Shown: positions 31,201 through 41,824 of the stretch, one piece after another
Numbering within the stretch: position 1 is the first letter of the stretch
Layout: every line of letters starts with the position of its first letter
Made by a program: the position numbers and the translations under genes
Source: an uncultured cyanobacterium
GTDB taxonomy: Bacteria > Cyanobacteriota > Cyanobacteriia > Cyanobacteriales > CAWCAG01
Direction of reading: 5' to 3'
Length of the DNA stretch: 64,000 nt
Assembly: GCA_963803805.1 (NCBI GenBank)
Contig: CAWDOD010000006.1
Location: 128,001 to 192,000, forward strand
The notes under the pieces: model-generated
Databases searched by the model: none
What the model saw: the letters and a program-made list of their open reading frames with translations, nothing else
Told to the model about the DNA's origin: nothing

Positions 31201-33989
31201 ATAGCATAGAATCGTCAGGATTAGGTTATCCTTGCTTACAACCAGAAGAGACAGAAAAGCTTGCTGAAAGTCTAAAAATAAACACTACTATTTTTGCTGA
31301 TATAGCTAATAGTTGCTTGAGAATCATTGGAGATTCCTATCGCTACCCTAACGAATATAAAGTTGATGACTGGAGTAATTGGGAAGATGCCAATCCCAGA
31401 CTAAAAAACTATGTTACTAAGTGCGCCCATCATAACCAACTTGATGAAACACAATTAAAACAAGCTTTGTGGTCAGCCATTTGTGACCAGGGAAAACACT
31501 ATTGGCTAAAAATTAGTCCCCTACATTTATATTTCAAAGTAGCAACCAAAGATAACCCTGTTTGGCAATGTACCTCCTGTAGTCGCCCTCATCTCCATCA
31601 CTCAGGAGGGATTTGTACCAATTGTAATGAAGTTTTGCCTAGGGAACCTAACAAGACTTGTACTGATTTGTATAGTCGTAATTACTACTCTACAGAAGCA
31701 GTAAATAAACGTCAGCCGATTAGATTTCATTGTGAAGAACTAACTGGACAAACAGATAATCAAGGGGAAAGACAAAGACACTTTCGCAACATTGTTATTA
31801 ATACAGGTAAAGAAGACCGTCCATTTATTCCTAAAGTAGACACAATTGACCTCCTTAGTGTTACTACAACTATGGAAGTTGGGGTTGATATTGGTAACTT
31901 GATGGCTGTGGTTTTAGCTAATATGCCACCTATGCGTTTTAATTATCAACAACGTGCCGGACGTGCCGGTCGTCGCGGTCAAGCTTTTGCAATTAATTTA
32001 ACCCTTTGTCGTGGTAATAGTCACGATGATTTCTATTATCAACATCCAGAAAAAATTACTGGAGATCCTCCCCCCGTTCCTTTTCTTTCTATGTCTCAAA
32101 AAGAAATTCTCCAAAGGATGTTAGCTAAAGAGTGTTTGCGAAGGGCTTTTTTAGCTGCGGGAGTTGAATGGTGGGAAGTTGATAAGCCACCGGATAGTCA
32201 TGGAGAATTTGGCTTAGTAACTAGTAAGAAAAAACCAAAAGGTTGGCAAGAAAATGAAGACCGTCGTAATCAAGTCAAAGAGTGGTTAGAAAATGAATCT
32301 GACGTTCAAGAAATAGTCAAAGCATTGCTTATTGGTGTTAAAGATGTAGATGGTGAGGGACTAAAATCATACGCCCGTCGCTGCCTATTTTGTGCTATCG
32401 AAAAATGTGTTGATAACTTAGAATTAACTGGAAAAGGATTAGCAGAACGTCTAGCAGAAGGAGGCGTATTACCGATGTATGGAATGCCTTCTAGAGTCAG
32501 GAATTTGTATCATCATAAACCTCAAGGAGGTATTCAGCCTGGGGAAATTGACCGAGATTTAGACTTAGCAATAACCGAATTTGCCCCCGGTTCAGAGAAA
32601 ACTAAAGATAAAAGAATTTATCAGTCAATTGGTTTTACTGCACCCTTGTTATTAGACAAAAAAAGTCTTGTAGCTGCTGATCAACCTCTATCAGAACGTA
32701 AGTGGATGTTTCGATGTAGTTGTTGTCAGCATACCGATATTAAAGATACAGAATTTGATTATGAAGAATGTCCTACTTGCCATGCTAAAGCTGAAACTGA
32801 AAAACAACCAGGATTTAGAGTTTTTCAATGGGCTGTTCCTTTAGGTTTTCGTACTACCTTAAAACCTGGAAGTGATGCTAAAACTGAATACAGTATCTTA
32901 AATGCTGGTGCTGGTAGTGTTGCAGAATCAAAACCACAAAAATTTGAATCGATAGAACATACTAATAGCCAAATTGCTTTTGCTTCCGGCGGTAGAGTTT
33001 TCCGAATTAATGATAACCAAGGTCGTTTGTTTAAAGGAAGTATAGGGAAAACGACAGGAAATAAATCATTAAAATTGAACCAACAGTGGATTGATGAAAG
33101 ATTTCAAGAACGTAGTAGCAATTACGATAGTAAAGGGGTAAAATTTGAACCAAAGAGTGAAAATGAAGCTATAGCTATTGTGGCCCCTAAAACTACCGGG
33201 GTACTAAGAATACAACCAGTTAATGTGCCACCAGGTTTATGTTTAGATCCCCTAAAATTTGGTTCCGGAGTCAAAGCAGCTTTCTATTCTGCTGCCTTTA
33301 TTATTCGTTCTGTAGTAGCTGAAAAATTAGATATTTCCCCAGAAGAATTAGATATTAGTAATCTGCGTCAAGTGGAAGTAAATGGTCATAAAGTTGGGGA
33401 AATTATTATTAGCGATCGCTTAGCTAATGGTTCAGGTTTTACCGACTGGTTATCTCAAAACTGGCAACAAATTCTTCAAGAAATTGTTAAACCTAATTCC
33501 ACTCAATTAATTAGCAGTTTCGCAAGTTCGTTGATTTCTGAAAAACATCGCCACGATTGTGACTCTTCTTGTTACGATTGTTTAAGACAATACCGCAATA
33601 TTAACTATCATGGTTTGCTAGATTGGCGCTTAGGAATCTCTTTACTGAAGATTCTCGCTAGTGAATCTGAAAAATGTGGCTTAGAAGGAGACTTTTCCGG
33701 GCCAGAACTTAAAAACTGGTTAAAGCAAGCCCAAGAACTTAGAAATACCTTCTGCACTTGTTTTAGTTCTTGTAGTCCCCAAACTTTTGCTAGTTTACCA
33801 GGTTTTGAAATAGGGAACAAACAGGTGATAATTGTTCATCCCCTCTGGAATCTCAAACCAGAAAATAGGCAGGGAATCTTAGCAGAGGCAGTCTCTATTA
33901 CATCAAACAGGGAAATAGAGCCTCAATTTTTAGATAGTTTTAATCTTTTGCATCGCCCTAGTTGGTGTTATCAAAAAGCTTTAAATTAA
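28245..33989 (+). CDS. Large DEAD/DEAH-box helicase with Zn knuckles and C-terminal DUF1998/MrfA-like Cys motif (DruE-like)
   Basis: LYTHQ, AGTGSGKTESF, YPMNALVEDQ, DELH, SAS, TTTMEVGVDIG, QQRAGRAGRR; several CxxC pairs; C-terminal CDSSCYDCL. Confidence 0.88.
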   Translation: MYDPIGAFETIRDNFLLYIKTAFGTRFPEIEEEREKLLREPGELNKPGVFHQEPWIEPLPQYETSGKKIQQLTIKNTPKLDEETLKEFQELAACGLMGNYQLYTHQLEMLRKSLSGQDVVVTAGTGSGKTESFLLPLFAYLTKESQNWQPPREEDPHLNDWWSNQDWQDKCNPKVNTRHSFKRSYRVSQRGHETRDAAVRAIILYPMNALVEDQLTRLRKALDSPQAREWLRKNRTGNRIYFGRYNGVTPVPGHENKETGKSNKKKKPDKKKIDNLLKAMQQMEESANAAEQYGEEKGDKEVRFFFPRLDGSEMRCRWDMQDAPPDILITNYSMLSIMLMRDVDKEIFAKTKAWLEKPESIFHLIVDELHLYRGTQGTEVAYLLRLFLQRLGLYPGHPKLRVLASSASLEPDDEQSLKFLSEFFGTNWKPEQIIPGKQKEIPAIQEQDVLDSQIFIDLVEEKERSSNLEELKASPQYKKCAEFVESHQDNVIARMLNACRDKEKNQTRAVSFTQFAKGIFTQELETEKIKKAARGLLITRGISASNLLPSFRLHLFFRNIEGLWACPQPCEESEVNQKAPVSELFVKNPPIRHDNNRVLELLLCEQCGTVFFGGSRLELENNQGWELLPVEPNIEVIPDRQVGRFLEQRTYQEYAIFWPYRNIHTEAKKEWKQPNSQVKVSWKKAYLDVNSSEVKLGNPEDRQNNTIKGYIFNAKKEANISAQPSICPCCAVNYGKRTYLKSSIRGFRTGFSKVSQLFSKELFYQLPEGEESRKLVVFSDSRENAASLSNGMERSHYSDLIREAIFYELEQLAIGQPSLLEDIKQYGEPKTAEAFEFAKLYPDIPKKIEKNLKRISRPLPEGLDPEELEDLRELKNRSQNFIRNIEKIGETHTVPLKVMLEGNKEVPGQLIQRLVNLGVNPAGYDLYSQEYKYEGRTYNWTHFFDFDSNSLQWKDLSSQELDIRDRKILEKLKSEVCSIFFSRLFYSIESSGLGYPCLQPEETEKLAESLKINTTIFADIANSCLRIIGDSYRYPNEYKVDDWSNWEDANPRLKNYVTKCAHHNQLDETQLKQALWSAICDQGKHYWLKISPLHLYFKVATKDNPVWQCTSCSRPHLHHSGGICTNCNEVLPREPNKTCTDLYSRNYYSTEAVNKRQPIRFHCEELTGQTDNQGERQRHFRNIVINTGKEDRPFIPKVDTIDLLSVTTTMEVGVDIGNLMAVVLANMPPMRFNYQQRAGRAGRRGQAFAINLTLCRGNSHDDFYYQHPEKITGDPPPVPFLSMSQKEILQRMLAKECLRRAFLAAGVEWWEVDKPPDSHGEFGLVTSKKKPKGWQENEDRRNQVKEWLENESDVQEIVKALLIGVKDVDGEGLKSYARRCLFCAIEKCVDNLELTGKGLAERLAEGGVLPMYGMPSRVRNLYHHKPQGGIQPGEIDRDLDLAITEFAPGSEKTKDKRIYQSIGFTAPLLLDKKSLVAADQPLSERKWMFRCSCCQHTDIKDTEFDYEECPTCHAKAETEKQPGFRVFQWAVPLGFRTTLKPGSDAKTEYSILNAGAGSVAESKPQKFESIEHTNSQIAFASGGRVFRINDNQGRLFKGSIGKTTGNKSLKLNQQWIDERFQERSSNYDSKGVKFEPKSENEAIAIVAPKTTGVLRIQPVNVPPGLCLDPLKFGSGVKAAFYSAAFIIRSVVAEKLDISPEELDISNLRQVEVNGHKVGEIIISDRLANGSGFTDWLSQNWQQILQEIVKPNSTQLISSFASSLISEKHRHDCDSSCYDCLRQYRNINYHGLLDWRLGISLLKILASESEKCGLEGDFSGPELKNWLKQAQELRNTFCTCFSSCSPQTFASLPGFEIGNKQVIIVHPLWNLKPENRQGILAEAVSITSNREIEPQFLDSFNLLHRPSWCYQKALN

Positions 33990-34031
33990 TGAGAGTAATT
34001 TAGTATTAGTGGCCGAATGTAGCTCAATATG

Positions 34032-34040
34032 TGTTATCCT
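34032..34040 (+). promoter_or_regulatory. Extended -10 promoter of the SRP RNA gene
   Basis: TG-T-TATCCT ending 7 nt before the predicted 5' end of the RNA. Confidence 0.5.
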
Positions 34041-34047
34041 GATGTTT

Positions 34048-34141
34048 GATCCGGACCTACGCAATCGCAACGCTCAAATCTTGTCAGAACCGGAAGGTAG
34101 CAGCAATACGAGATGCTTGTAATAGGCGTAGAATCCGGGTC
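34048..34141 (+). ncRNA. ffs: Signal recognition particle RNA (4.5S)
   Basis: Domain IV motif GTCAGAACCGGAAGGTAGCAGC; terminal stem GATCCGGA-CCTACGC pairs with GCGTAG-AA-TCCGGGTC. Confidence 0.93.
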
Positions 34142-34147
34142 TTTTGC

Positions 34148-35578
34148 TTAGGTTAGAGATTTCAGTATTGCTTGCAACTTAATTTGTACCTCAGCAAACT
34201 CTTTGCGAGGCTGAGAACCCGCTACAATACCTGCTCCTGCATAAAGTCGAGCGCTATTTTTCCGAATTAAAGCAGAACGAATACCGACAATAAATTCGCC
34301 GTTACCTTGATAATCTACCCACCCTAAAGGGGCAGCATACAAAGAACGGTCAAAGTTTTCGTAGCGGCAAATTTCTTCACAAGCTACAGGAGTAGGAACT
34401 CCTGCTACCGCAGGAGTTGGATGAAGTTGAGCCACAATATCCAAAAGATTTATATTCTCTGGAACTTCTGCTGTAATCTTTGTCCAGAGGTGTTGAATAT
34501 TGGAAAGACGCAAGACTCGCAGAGGATATTGAAAGGGCTTTAAACCCGATTCTAAGAGGCGTTGAGTAATGAAATTACTGACTGCCCGATGCTCCCGCCG
34601 TTCTTTCTGAGAATGGAATAGTTGGCTAGCTAGGCGCATATCCTCACAAAAGCTTTTTCCCCTTGGTGCAGATCCAGCCAAAGCATCAGTAACTAGTTGG
34701 TTATTTTGGATACTAATTAAGCGTTCTGGACTTGCACCCACAAAGTTATCTCCTTGTCCATTACTAAGAGAAAATATGTAACAGTCAGGATGTCTTTTGC
34801 GTAGATTATATAAAGAATTAATCAGCTTAAAAGGCTCCGGTGAAGTAACATCCAAAGCATGGGCAAGAACAATTTTACTAAACTTGTTAGCCTTGATTGA
34901 TTTTAAAGCTGAAGCAACGGCTGAAGTAAATTGATGGGAACTATCTGATTTAGAGTCTTTGTTAAACTGTTTATGGTCTTTACTCCTAAAATTAAGTTTG
35001 AGAGGAGCAGAAGAATTAATTGTTTTGATTTGTTGTTTTAGTTGCTTTATGGTGAATGCTATATCTGTATGGGGAGAAATAGCCAAATTAGCCACCAAAA
35101 CACAACGACCTTTTTTTTGTGCTATTTGTAACTTCGGTAAAAATATTGTTGCCGAAGGAAAAGGAGAATGATTACTTGATTTTTTGGCAACAAAGGTAAA
35201 GCTACAGAAAAAATGAGGTCCAGAAAAGGGCAAATGAAGATCACCAACTTTGACAATTTGTTTCTGACAATCCTGAATAAATTGTTGAGATTGCTCAAAG
35301 CGAGTCAAAGGAGCTTCAGTCTCTATAGTAAGAGATTGGGCTGTTCCATAACCAGCGATCGCTTCTTGTTTTCGAGGGTTTTCCCAATAGAAATGAATTT
35401 GATTAGGCTGGGCTATTTTTTGACATATAGCCAAAGGGTCTATATGGTTAATTTCTTGGGACAAGCTAACAATTTGCAAACAACCTTTGCTTCGAGATTT
35501 CTCTTGGCAAGTTAAAAGAAACTGATGTAGTTCTCGCTCGTCTTGCAGAATTCGATCGCGGTAAGGAATGGCTAGCAT
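34148..35578 (-). CDS. menF: Isochorismate synthase
   Basis: FVGASPERL, ALAGSAPRG, KERREH, LHPTPAVAG, YAGAGIVAGS; divergent from menA. Confidence 0.92.
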   Translation of the reverse strand: MLAIPYRDRILQDERELHQFLLTCQEKSRSKGCLQIVSLSQEINHIDPLAICQKIAQPNQIHFYWENPRKQEAIAGYGTAQSLTIETEAPLTRFEQSQQFIQDCQKQIVKVGDLHLPFSGPHFFCSFTFVAKKSSNHSPFPSATIFLPKLQIAQKKGRCVLVANLAISPHTDIAFTIKQLKQQIKTINSSAPLKLNFRSKDHKQFNKDSKSDSSHQFTSAVASALKSIKANKFSKIVLAHALDVTSPEPFKLINSLYNLRKRHPDCYIFSLSNGQGDNFVGASPERLISIQNNQLVTDALAGSAPRGKSFCEDMRLASQLFHSQKERREHRAVSNFITQRLLESGLKPFQYPLRVLRLSNIQHLWTKITAEVPENINLLDIVAQLHPTPAVAGVPTPVACEEICRYENFDRSLYAAPLGWVDYQGNGEFIVGIRSALIRKNSARLYAGAGIVAGSQPRKEFAEVQIKLQAILKSLT

Positions 35579-36047
35579 GGAGGTAGGTGTCTAAAAAAAA
35601 CATTTTTTTCACCTCTATTGAACATTAAATGTTATGTCCTTAGAGGGGGGGTTGCTGTCCTTATCACTACCAGGCTTCCACAGACATCGGCTAGGGGTTT
35701 GGGTTGGCCTATTTCCGAGTCAAGACGCTTGGAGTTATCAGATGGCTAGTATCGGATACTATATCCAATACATTTAGTAAATACTCCGGACAATTTTTAA
35801 TCTGGATGTGGGAAAATTTCGATCTCTGGTGACTACTTTAGTTTGTATCCCTGATTTTTCGACCAGCTCAATGACCTATTATCGAAAATCCTTCCAGACT
35901 ATGATTAGTCCTAGAGCAATTACTACTTTGGTTATTGTCCCTTATCTGTTGTTAAATTAACAGTTGGACAATTTTAAAACCGACTAACTGACTTGTAATA
36001 GGTCAAATCAAGATATCAGTTTCAAGTAATTAAATCAATTTCGTCTA

Positions 36048-36962
36048 ATGACTACAACACGATTGGAGAAAAAATCGGATAACCAACTTTGGTTAGCTGC
36101 TATTAAGCTACCGATGTATAGCGTAGCAGTTGTACCAATTACTGTGGGGACTGCTGTTGCTTTTGCCGAAAATAAAATTATTCATGGAGAGATATTTATA
36201 ACGTTTTTACTCTCAGCAATTTTAATTATTGCTTGGCTAAATATCAGTAATGATGTTTTCGATGCTGAGACAGGAATAGATAAAAATAAAGCTGAATCTC
36301 TAGTTAATTTGACCGGTAATAAAACATTACTATTTTGGTTAAGTAATTTATTTTTGGGCTGCGGTATACTAGGTATTCTCGCCATTACCTATTTACAACA
36401 AGATTGGACAGTACTTAAACTTATTTTGCTTTGCTGCATCTTAGGTTATACCTATCAAGGGCCACCCTTTCGCCTTGGCTATCAGGGGTTAGGGGAATTA
36501 ATTTGTTTTGTTGCTTTTGGCCCTTTAGCTGTTGAAGCTGCTTACTATTCTCAAACTCAAAATTTCTCTTTAACGACTATATTTACTTCTGTAATTGTTG
36601 GTATTACGACATCAATAATACTCTTTTGTTCCCATTTTCATCAGGTTGAAGATGACTTAGCAGCAGGTAAGTTATCACCTCTGGTTCGCTTGGGTACAAA
36701 AAAGGGTTCTCAAATACTAATTGGAGCAGTAGTTAGTATTTATATGTTGGTTTGTTTATTTGTAGCTGTAGGTTATTTGAGTGGGTGGGCTTTGATAATT
36801 TTGCTAAGCTTTCCCCTTGCCTACGAATTAGTCGATCACGTATGTCAGTATCATAGTCAACCTAAAAAAGTTAAAAGCTGTAAATATATAGCTGTAAAAT
36901 TACACTTTTTTAGTGGCATTTTGTTAACTCTAGGTTTACTTTTATCTACTGTTAATCTGTAA
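36048..36962 (+). CDS. menA: DHNA phytyltransferase (UbiA family)
   Basis: NISNDVFDAETGIDKNK, YQGPPFRLGYQGLGE, SHFHQVEDDLAAGK. Confidence 0.93.
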   Translation: MTTTRLEKKSDNQLWLAAIKLPMYSVAVVPITVGTAVAFAENKIIHGEIFITFLLSAILIIAWLNISNDVFDAETGIDKNKAESLVNLTGNKTLLFWLSNLFLGCGILGILAITYLQQDWTVLKLILLCCILGYTYQGPPFRLGYQGLGELICFVAFGPLAVEAAYYSQTQNFSLTTIFTSVIVGITTSIILFCSHFHQVEDDLAAGKLSPLVRLGTKKGSQILIGAVVSIYMLVCLFVAVGYLSGWALIILLSFPLAYELVDHVCQYHSQPKKVKSCKYIAVKLHFFSGILLTLGLLLSTVNL

Positions 36963-37020
36963 CAACTTTTTAAAGTCTTGTAGTCCTTTGTTTTTGGTTT
37001 TTAGTTTTAGGTAAGGAGAA

Positions 37021-37948
37021 ATGATCAATAACAAAGGACAAGTTGCTTATTTTATGTTAAGTATCGAAAATATTAATAAAACCTACGCTCAAAGATTAGT
37101 TCTCAATAATTTGTGTTTAAGCATAAAAGCAGGGCAAGTTTATGGTTTAATAGGGCCTAATGGGGCTGGCAAAACTACGACTATTAATCTTCTTGGTAAT
37201 TTAATTAAACCTGATAGTGGTGCTATTTACATTAACAATCAGTCTGTTTCTGAAGTAACTAAGAACTTAATCGGTATTGCTCCTCAAGAAAATTTACTCT
37301 ATAAAAGTCTTAGTTGTGAGGAAAATCTCAATTTTTATGCCCAGATTTATGGGCTGCGGGGAAAGCAGCGTCACCATCAAGTGAGGGCGAGTCTTGAAGC
37401 TGTTAACCTCTTGTCGAGACGTGAAAGTCCTGTAGAAAGTTTGAGTGGGGGGATGCAGCGACGGCTTAATATTGCGGTTGCTTTAGTACATGAACCTCAA
37501 CTAGTGATTCTCGATGAACCTACTACTGGCTTGGATATTGAATCCCGTTATGAAATTTGGGGGCTAATTCGTTTCCTTCAAAGCCAAGGTAGGACTATTA
37601 TGTTAACAACTCACCTTTTAGATGAAGCTGAACGTTTATGTCAGTGTATTGGCATTCTTAACCGAGGAAGTATTGCTGCTGAAGGTAGTTTAGGGGAGTT
37701 ACGTCAGCTTGTTGCAGCACAAGAAATAGTTACTATTAAAACATCTCAAGAAGAAAAGGCGATCGCCAGGGGCAAGGAGTTAGGTTTTAGTCAGCGACGT
37801 TACAACGGTGATTCTTGCTTTTTGGTTGCCTCAGCCTCTGGAATTATCAGAAATCATCCATCAATTTGGCGGTATTCCTTTAGACTCTATTGTTCGCCAA
37901 CCAGTTGGTTTGGAACATATTTATTTGGAAGTTACTCAAAGAACATAA
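37021..37948 (+). pseudogene. ABC transporter ATP-binding protein with an apparent +1 frameshift near 37813 (real lesion or sequencing error); likely start ATG 37054
   Basis: GPNGAGKTT, LSGGMQRR, ILDEPT. After YNGD the +1 frame reads LAFWLPQPLELSEIIHQFGGIPLDSIVRQPVGLEHIYLEVTQRT*. Confidence 0.7.
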
Positions 37949-37965
37949 TCTACCTGATTTCAACA

Positions 37966-38565
37966 CTAAACTTTGTTAGCAACAGGTTCACATAGAGCAT
38001 CTCTAATGGCTTCTAAACTGCTAGAATCTCTTACCATCATAGCATGGCTAAAAACTGTGAGTTTAACTTCTTTGCCAACTCCTAGCTTTGAACTTTCTGG
38101 AGGGACAATAATAAAGTCATAGGGAGTCCATAAAGAGGTGAAGTTGAGCTGTTTTAAAATTTCCACATCTCTATTTAAGTCTTGTAAAAAAGCACTTTCT
38201 GGCTGCATTTGTATACAGCCAGGAATAGGTAGTGAGTATGCCAAATAAGTGCCGTTATGGGGAGCAGAAATCGTTATAAAACGCTCTACTTTTTTAATTC
38301 CTCCTAACTTTTGTACATAGTAACGAGTTACTAGTCCTCCCATACTTAACCCTATTAAATCAATAGGTTGAGAGTCCCGAAAAGCTCTTTCAATATAGTC
38401 TGCAACTTGTAGCGCTAATTTATCTAAACCTACGGTAGCATTACCTGGTGATAAATCAATACGGTGAACTTCCCAGCCAAGAGAAGTTAAATAAGCATAC
38501 ATTTTATTGAATATGCTTTTTTTTCTAAAAAAGCCATGGATTAGTAAAACAGGATTTTTCATCAA
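37966..38565 (-). CDS. Small lipase/esterase (alpha/beta hydrolase)
   Basis: PVLLIHG, GLSMGG, ISAPHNGT, D and H triad residues. Confidence 0.88.
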   Translation of the reverse strand: MMKNPVLLIHGFFRKKSIFNKMYAYLTSLGWEVHRIDLSPGNATVGLDKLALQVADYIERAFRDSQPIDLIGLSMGGLVTRYYVQKLGGIKKVERFITISAPHNGTYLAYSLPIPGCIQMQPESAFLQDLNRDVEILKQLNFTSLWTPYDFIIVPPESSKLGVGKEVKLTVFSHAMMVRDSSSLEAIRDALCEPVANKV

Positions 38566-38806
38566 AATTCAGAAATTTATAGGGTTTGCATTAACATTTT
38601 TACAATTTGTTCCGGTTTTTTGCAGATCAGCCTAGAGTATCTTATTTACAACTTCGGTGAAGTTGAATCTTCAAGTATCAATTAACGAGCGCCATTATTG
38701 TGTTAAAAACGGGGTGAGGGGAACTAAGCTAAATTGAATAATTTAATCTGTCCCTATATTTTTCTACTAGAAAGTAGCTTTAAAATTTATTTTCAAATCA
38801 TCACTA

Positions 38807-40570
38807 ATGAATATGGATTTTCGTAATACAAACACCCTTTGGGCTTCTATTCTTGTCGAAACTCTTAAATGCTTAGGATTAACCACTGCAATTATTTGTC
38901 CCGGTTCTCGTTCTACTCCTTTAACTATAGCTTTTGCTCAACATGAACACATAGAAGCAATCCCTATTTTAGATGAACGTTCTGCTGCTTTTTTTGCTTT
39001 GGGTATAGCAAAGAAATCTGGTTTTCCTGTTGCTTTAGTTTGTACTTCTGGTACAGCAGGGGCAAACTTTTATCCGGCAGTTATTGAAGCAAGGGAAAGT
39101 AGAGTACCTCTATTAGTTCTGAGCGCAGATCGCCCCCCAGAATTAAGAGATTGTCATTCTGGACAAACTATTAACCAGATTAAATTATATGGCGATTATC
39201 CTAATTGGCAAACGGAGTTAGCTTTGCCTGTCCCAGAAACAGAAATGTTACGCTACTTACGACAAACAATGGTGCAAGCTGTTAGGCGATCGCTATTTCC
39301 GGTGAGTGGACCTGTTCATCTTAATATACCCTTCCGTGACCCTCTAGCCCCTATTGAAGAGAGGATTAGAACATTTTATAAGACATCCCTTCATTTTAAT
39401 CCAGAAGAATTTTTCGCAGCTATTACCCCTTATAATCCTAACTTTATACCGCAAACTTCCCAGCCTGTTTTTCTTATTCCTGAATCTAATCAAGGCATAA
39501 TTATTGCCGGGGTTGCTCAACCTCTTGAAGCAAAAGAATATTGTCAAGCAATTGCTTATTTAGCTCAATATTTAGGATTCCCTGTATTAGCAGAGGGGCT
39601 TTCTCCCTTGAGAAATTATGCAGATATTAATCCTTATTTAATCTCTACTTACGATCTTATTTTACGTAATCAAAAAATTGCTACTAAGTTAACCCCAGAA
39701 TTTGTGATTCAGTTCGGACAAATTCCTACTAGTAAGGTACTAAGAAGTTGGTTGTCTAATACCAAAGCTAAGCATTTTATTATTGACCCTAGTGGTGAAA
39801 ACCTTGACCCTCTTCATGGTAGAACTATTCACCTTAACTTACATCCTGAACAATTAATTGATCCTTATTTAAAAGAATACTTCAAAAGTGATATCCCAAC
39901 TAAGGTTCCTACCCCTTACTTACAGCTTTGGTTAAAATCAGAAGAGAAAATCAGGGAAGAAATAAATCAAAAAATGTCAGCAACCGAGAGACTTTTTGAA
40001 GGGAAAACTGCTTGGTTGCTTGCGAAAACTTTACCAGCACAAACACCAGTTTTTATTGCTAATAGTATGCCGGTAAGAGATGTAGAATATTTTTGGTTAC
40101 CTAATAATCGTCATTTACAACCTTTCTTTAATCGAGGAGCTAACGGTATTGATGGTACTTTATCCACAGCATTAGGCGTTGCTCACCACAATAAAAGTAG
40201 CATCCTGCTAACAGGTGATCTTGCTCTTTTACATGATACAAATGGTTTTTTACAGCGTCATAAATTTTTGGGTCATTTGACCATTATTTTGATTAATAAT
40301 AATGGTGGTGGCATTTTCCATATGCTGCCTATCGCTGATTACGAACCACCCTTCGAGGCATTTTTTGCTACTCCTCAAAACATTGACTTCTCACAATTAT
40401 GCAAAACCTATAATATAGAGCATCAAATTATCAATTCTTGGTCAGAGCTTAAGTCTTTATTAAATCCTTTACCTAAAACAGGCATAAGGGTTTTAGAATT
40501 ACCAACGAGCAGACACAAGGATTCTTATTGGCGGAAAGAGTACTTGAATAGTTTTGCGGATAATCACTGA
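38807..40570 (+). CDS. menD: SEPHCHC synthase
   Basis: [51 protein letters not shown]. Confidence 0.96.
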   Translation: MNMDFRNTNTLWASILVETLKCLGLTTAIICPGSRSTPLTIAFAQHEHIEAIPILDERSAAFFALGIAKKSGFPVALVCTSGTAGANFYPAVIEARESRVPLLVLSADRPPELRDCHSGQTINQIKLYGDYPNWQTELALPVPETEMLRYLRQTMVQAVRRSLFPVSGPVHLNIPFRDPLAPIEERIRTFYKTSLHFNPEEFFAAITPYNPNFIPQTSQPVFLIPESNQGIIIAGVAQPLEAKEYCQAIAYLAQYLGFPVLAEGLSPLRNYADINPYLISTYDLILRNQKIATKLTPEFVIQFGQIPTSKVLRSWLSNTKAKHFIIDPSGENLDPLHGRTIHLNLHPEQLIDPYLKEYFKSDIPTKVPTPYLQLWLKSEEKIREEINQKMSATERLFEGKTAWLLAKTLPAQTPVFIANSMPVRDVEYFWLPNNRHLQPFFNRGANGIDGTLSTALGVAHHNKSSILLTGDLALLHDTNGFLQRHKFLGHLTIILINNNGGGIFHMLPIADYEPPFEAFFATPQNIDFSQLCKTYNIEHQIINSWSELKSLLNPLPKTGIRVLELPTSRHKDSYWRKEYLNSFADNH

Positions 40571-40614
40571 AGAAATACAACAGTTTTTATTACCCATACA
40601 ATAGTGGAAAACTC

Positions 40615-41610
40615 ATGAAGGTTGCTGTTTTTAGTGCGAAATCCTATGATCGCAATTTTTTAGAAGCTGCTAACGGTGAGGGAAAGCACGAGTTGTTTTT
40701 TCTTGCTCCTCACTTAACTTTAGAAACTAGTCTTTTAGGGAAAAACTGTGAGGGGGTTTGTGTTTTTGTTAATGATCAGTTGAATAAGGATGTTTTAGAG
40801 GAGATTGCTAAAGGAGGAACAAAATTAATTGCCCTACGTTGCGCGGGCTATAATAATGTTGACTTAAGAGCAGCAAAAGAATTAGGTTTAAAAATAGTCA
40901 GAGTTCCTGCTTATTCTCCCTATGCTGTAGCAGAACATACTATCGGTTTAATTCTTACCCTCAATCGTAAAATTCACCGTGCTTATTTTCGGGTTAGGGA
41001 AGATAATTTTTCTTTAGAAGGATTATTGGGATTTGACCTTCATGGGGCTACGGTTGGTATAGTTGGTACAGGAAAAATTGGCGCAATTGTTGCGAAAATA
41101 CTTCAGGGATTTGGTTGTAATTTACTAGTTTATGATCTTCATAAAAATCCGGATTGCGAAGCTTTAGGAGCTAAGTATGTGGAATTATCAGAATTGTTTA
41201 CTAATTCTGATATTGTTACTCTTCATTGCCCTCTAGTTCCTCAAACCCATCATCTTATTAATACAGAATCCCTAGCTAAGATGAAGAAAGGAGTGATGTT
41301 AATTAATACTAGTCGGGGAGGATTAATTGATACTAAGGCAGTAATTAATGCTCTTAAATCTGGCAAAGTTGGTTATCTTGGTTTGGATGTTTATGAACAA
41401 GAAGCTAATTTCTTCTTTGAAGATTTTTCTAGCCAAATTATTCAAGACGATATTTTCCAACGTTTGCTAACTTTCCCTAATGTTTTAATTACCGGACATC
41501 AAGCCTTTTTTACGAAGAATGCTTTGCAAAATATTGCTGAGACAACTATTAATAATATTACTCAAGTTGAGTTAGGTAAAGACTGCGCTAATGAGGTGAC
41601 GATGAACTAG
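40615..41610 (+). CDS. ldhA: D-lactate / 2-hydroxyacid dehydrogenase
   Basis: [50 protein letters not shown]. Confidence 0.9.
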   Translation: MKVAVFSAKSYDRNFLEAANGEGKHELFFLAPHLTLETSLLGKNCEGVCVFVNDQLNKDVLEEIAKGGTKLIALRCAGYNNVDLRAAKELGLKIVRVPAYSPYAVAEHTIGLILTLNRKIHRAYFRVREDNFSLEGLLGFDLHGATVGIVGTGKIGAIVAKILQGFGCNLLVYDLHKNPDCEALGAKYVELSELFTNSDIVTLHCPLVPQTHHLINTESLAKMKKGVMLINTSRGGLIDTKAVINALKSGKVGYLGLDVYEQEANFFFEDFSSQIIQDDIFQRLLTFPNVLITGHQAFFTKNALQNIAETTINNITQVELGKDCANEVTMN

Positions 41611-41692
41611 AGTATTTCAATAAATAAAATCTCCTCTAAAGTCTAAGGTTTTAGCAACTAGCAACTAGCAATTAGCTAATTTAGACCAGATA

Positions 41693-41764
41693 AGCTGGTG
41701 ACAAGATTTGAACTTGCGACCGGCTGATTACAAATCAGCTGCTCTACCACTGAGCTACACCAGC
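41693..41764 (-). tRNA. trnT: tRNA-Thr (anticodon TGT), CCA not encoded
   Basis: Reverse complement GCTGGTGTAGCTCAGTGGTAGAGCAGCTGATTTGTAATCAGCCGGTCGCAAGTTCAAATCTTGTCACCAGCT folds as a cloverleaf; anticodon loop TT-TGT-AA. Confidence 0.96.
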
Positions 41765-41824
41765 ATTAAACTTCATATAGGATAACATTAATTGAAGAAT
41801 GAATAATAAGTAATATCTAATTAT

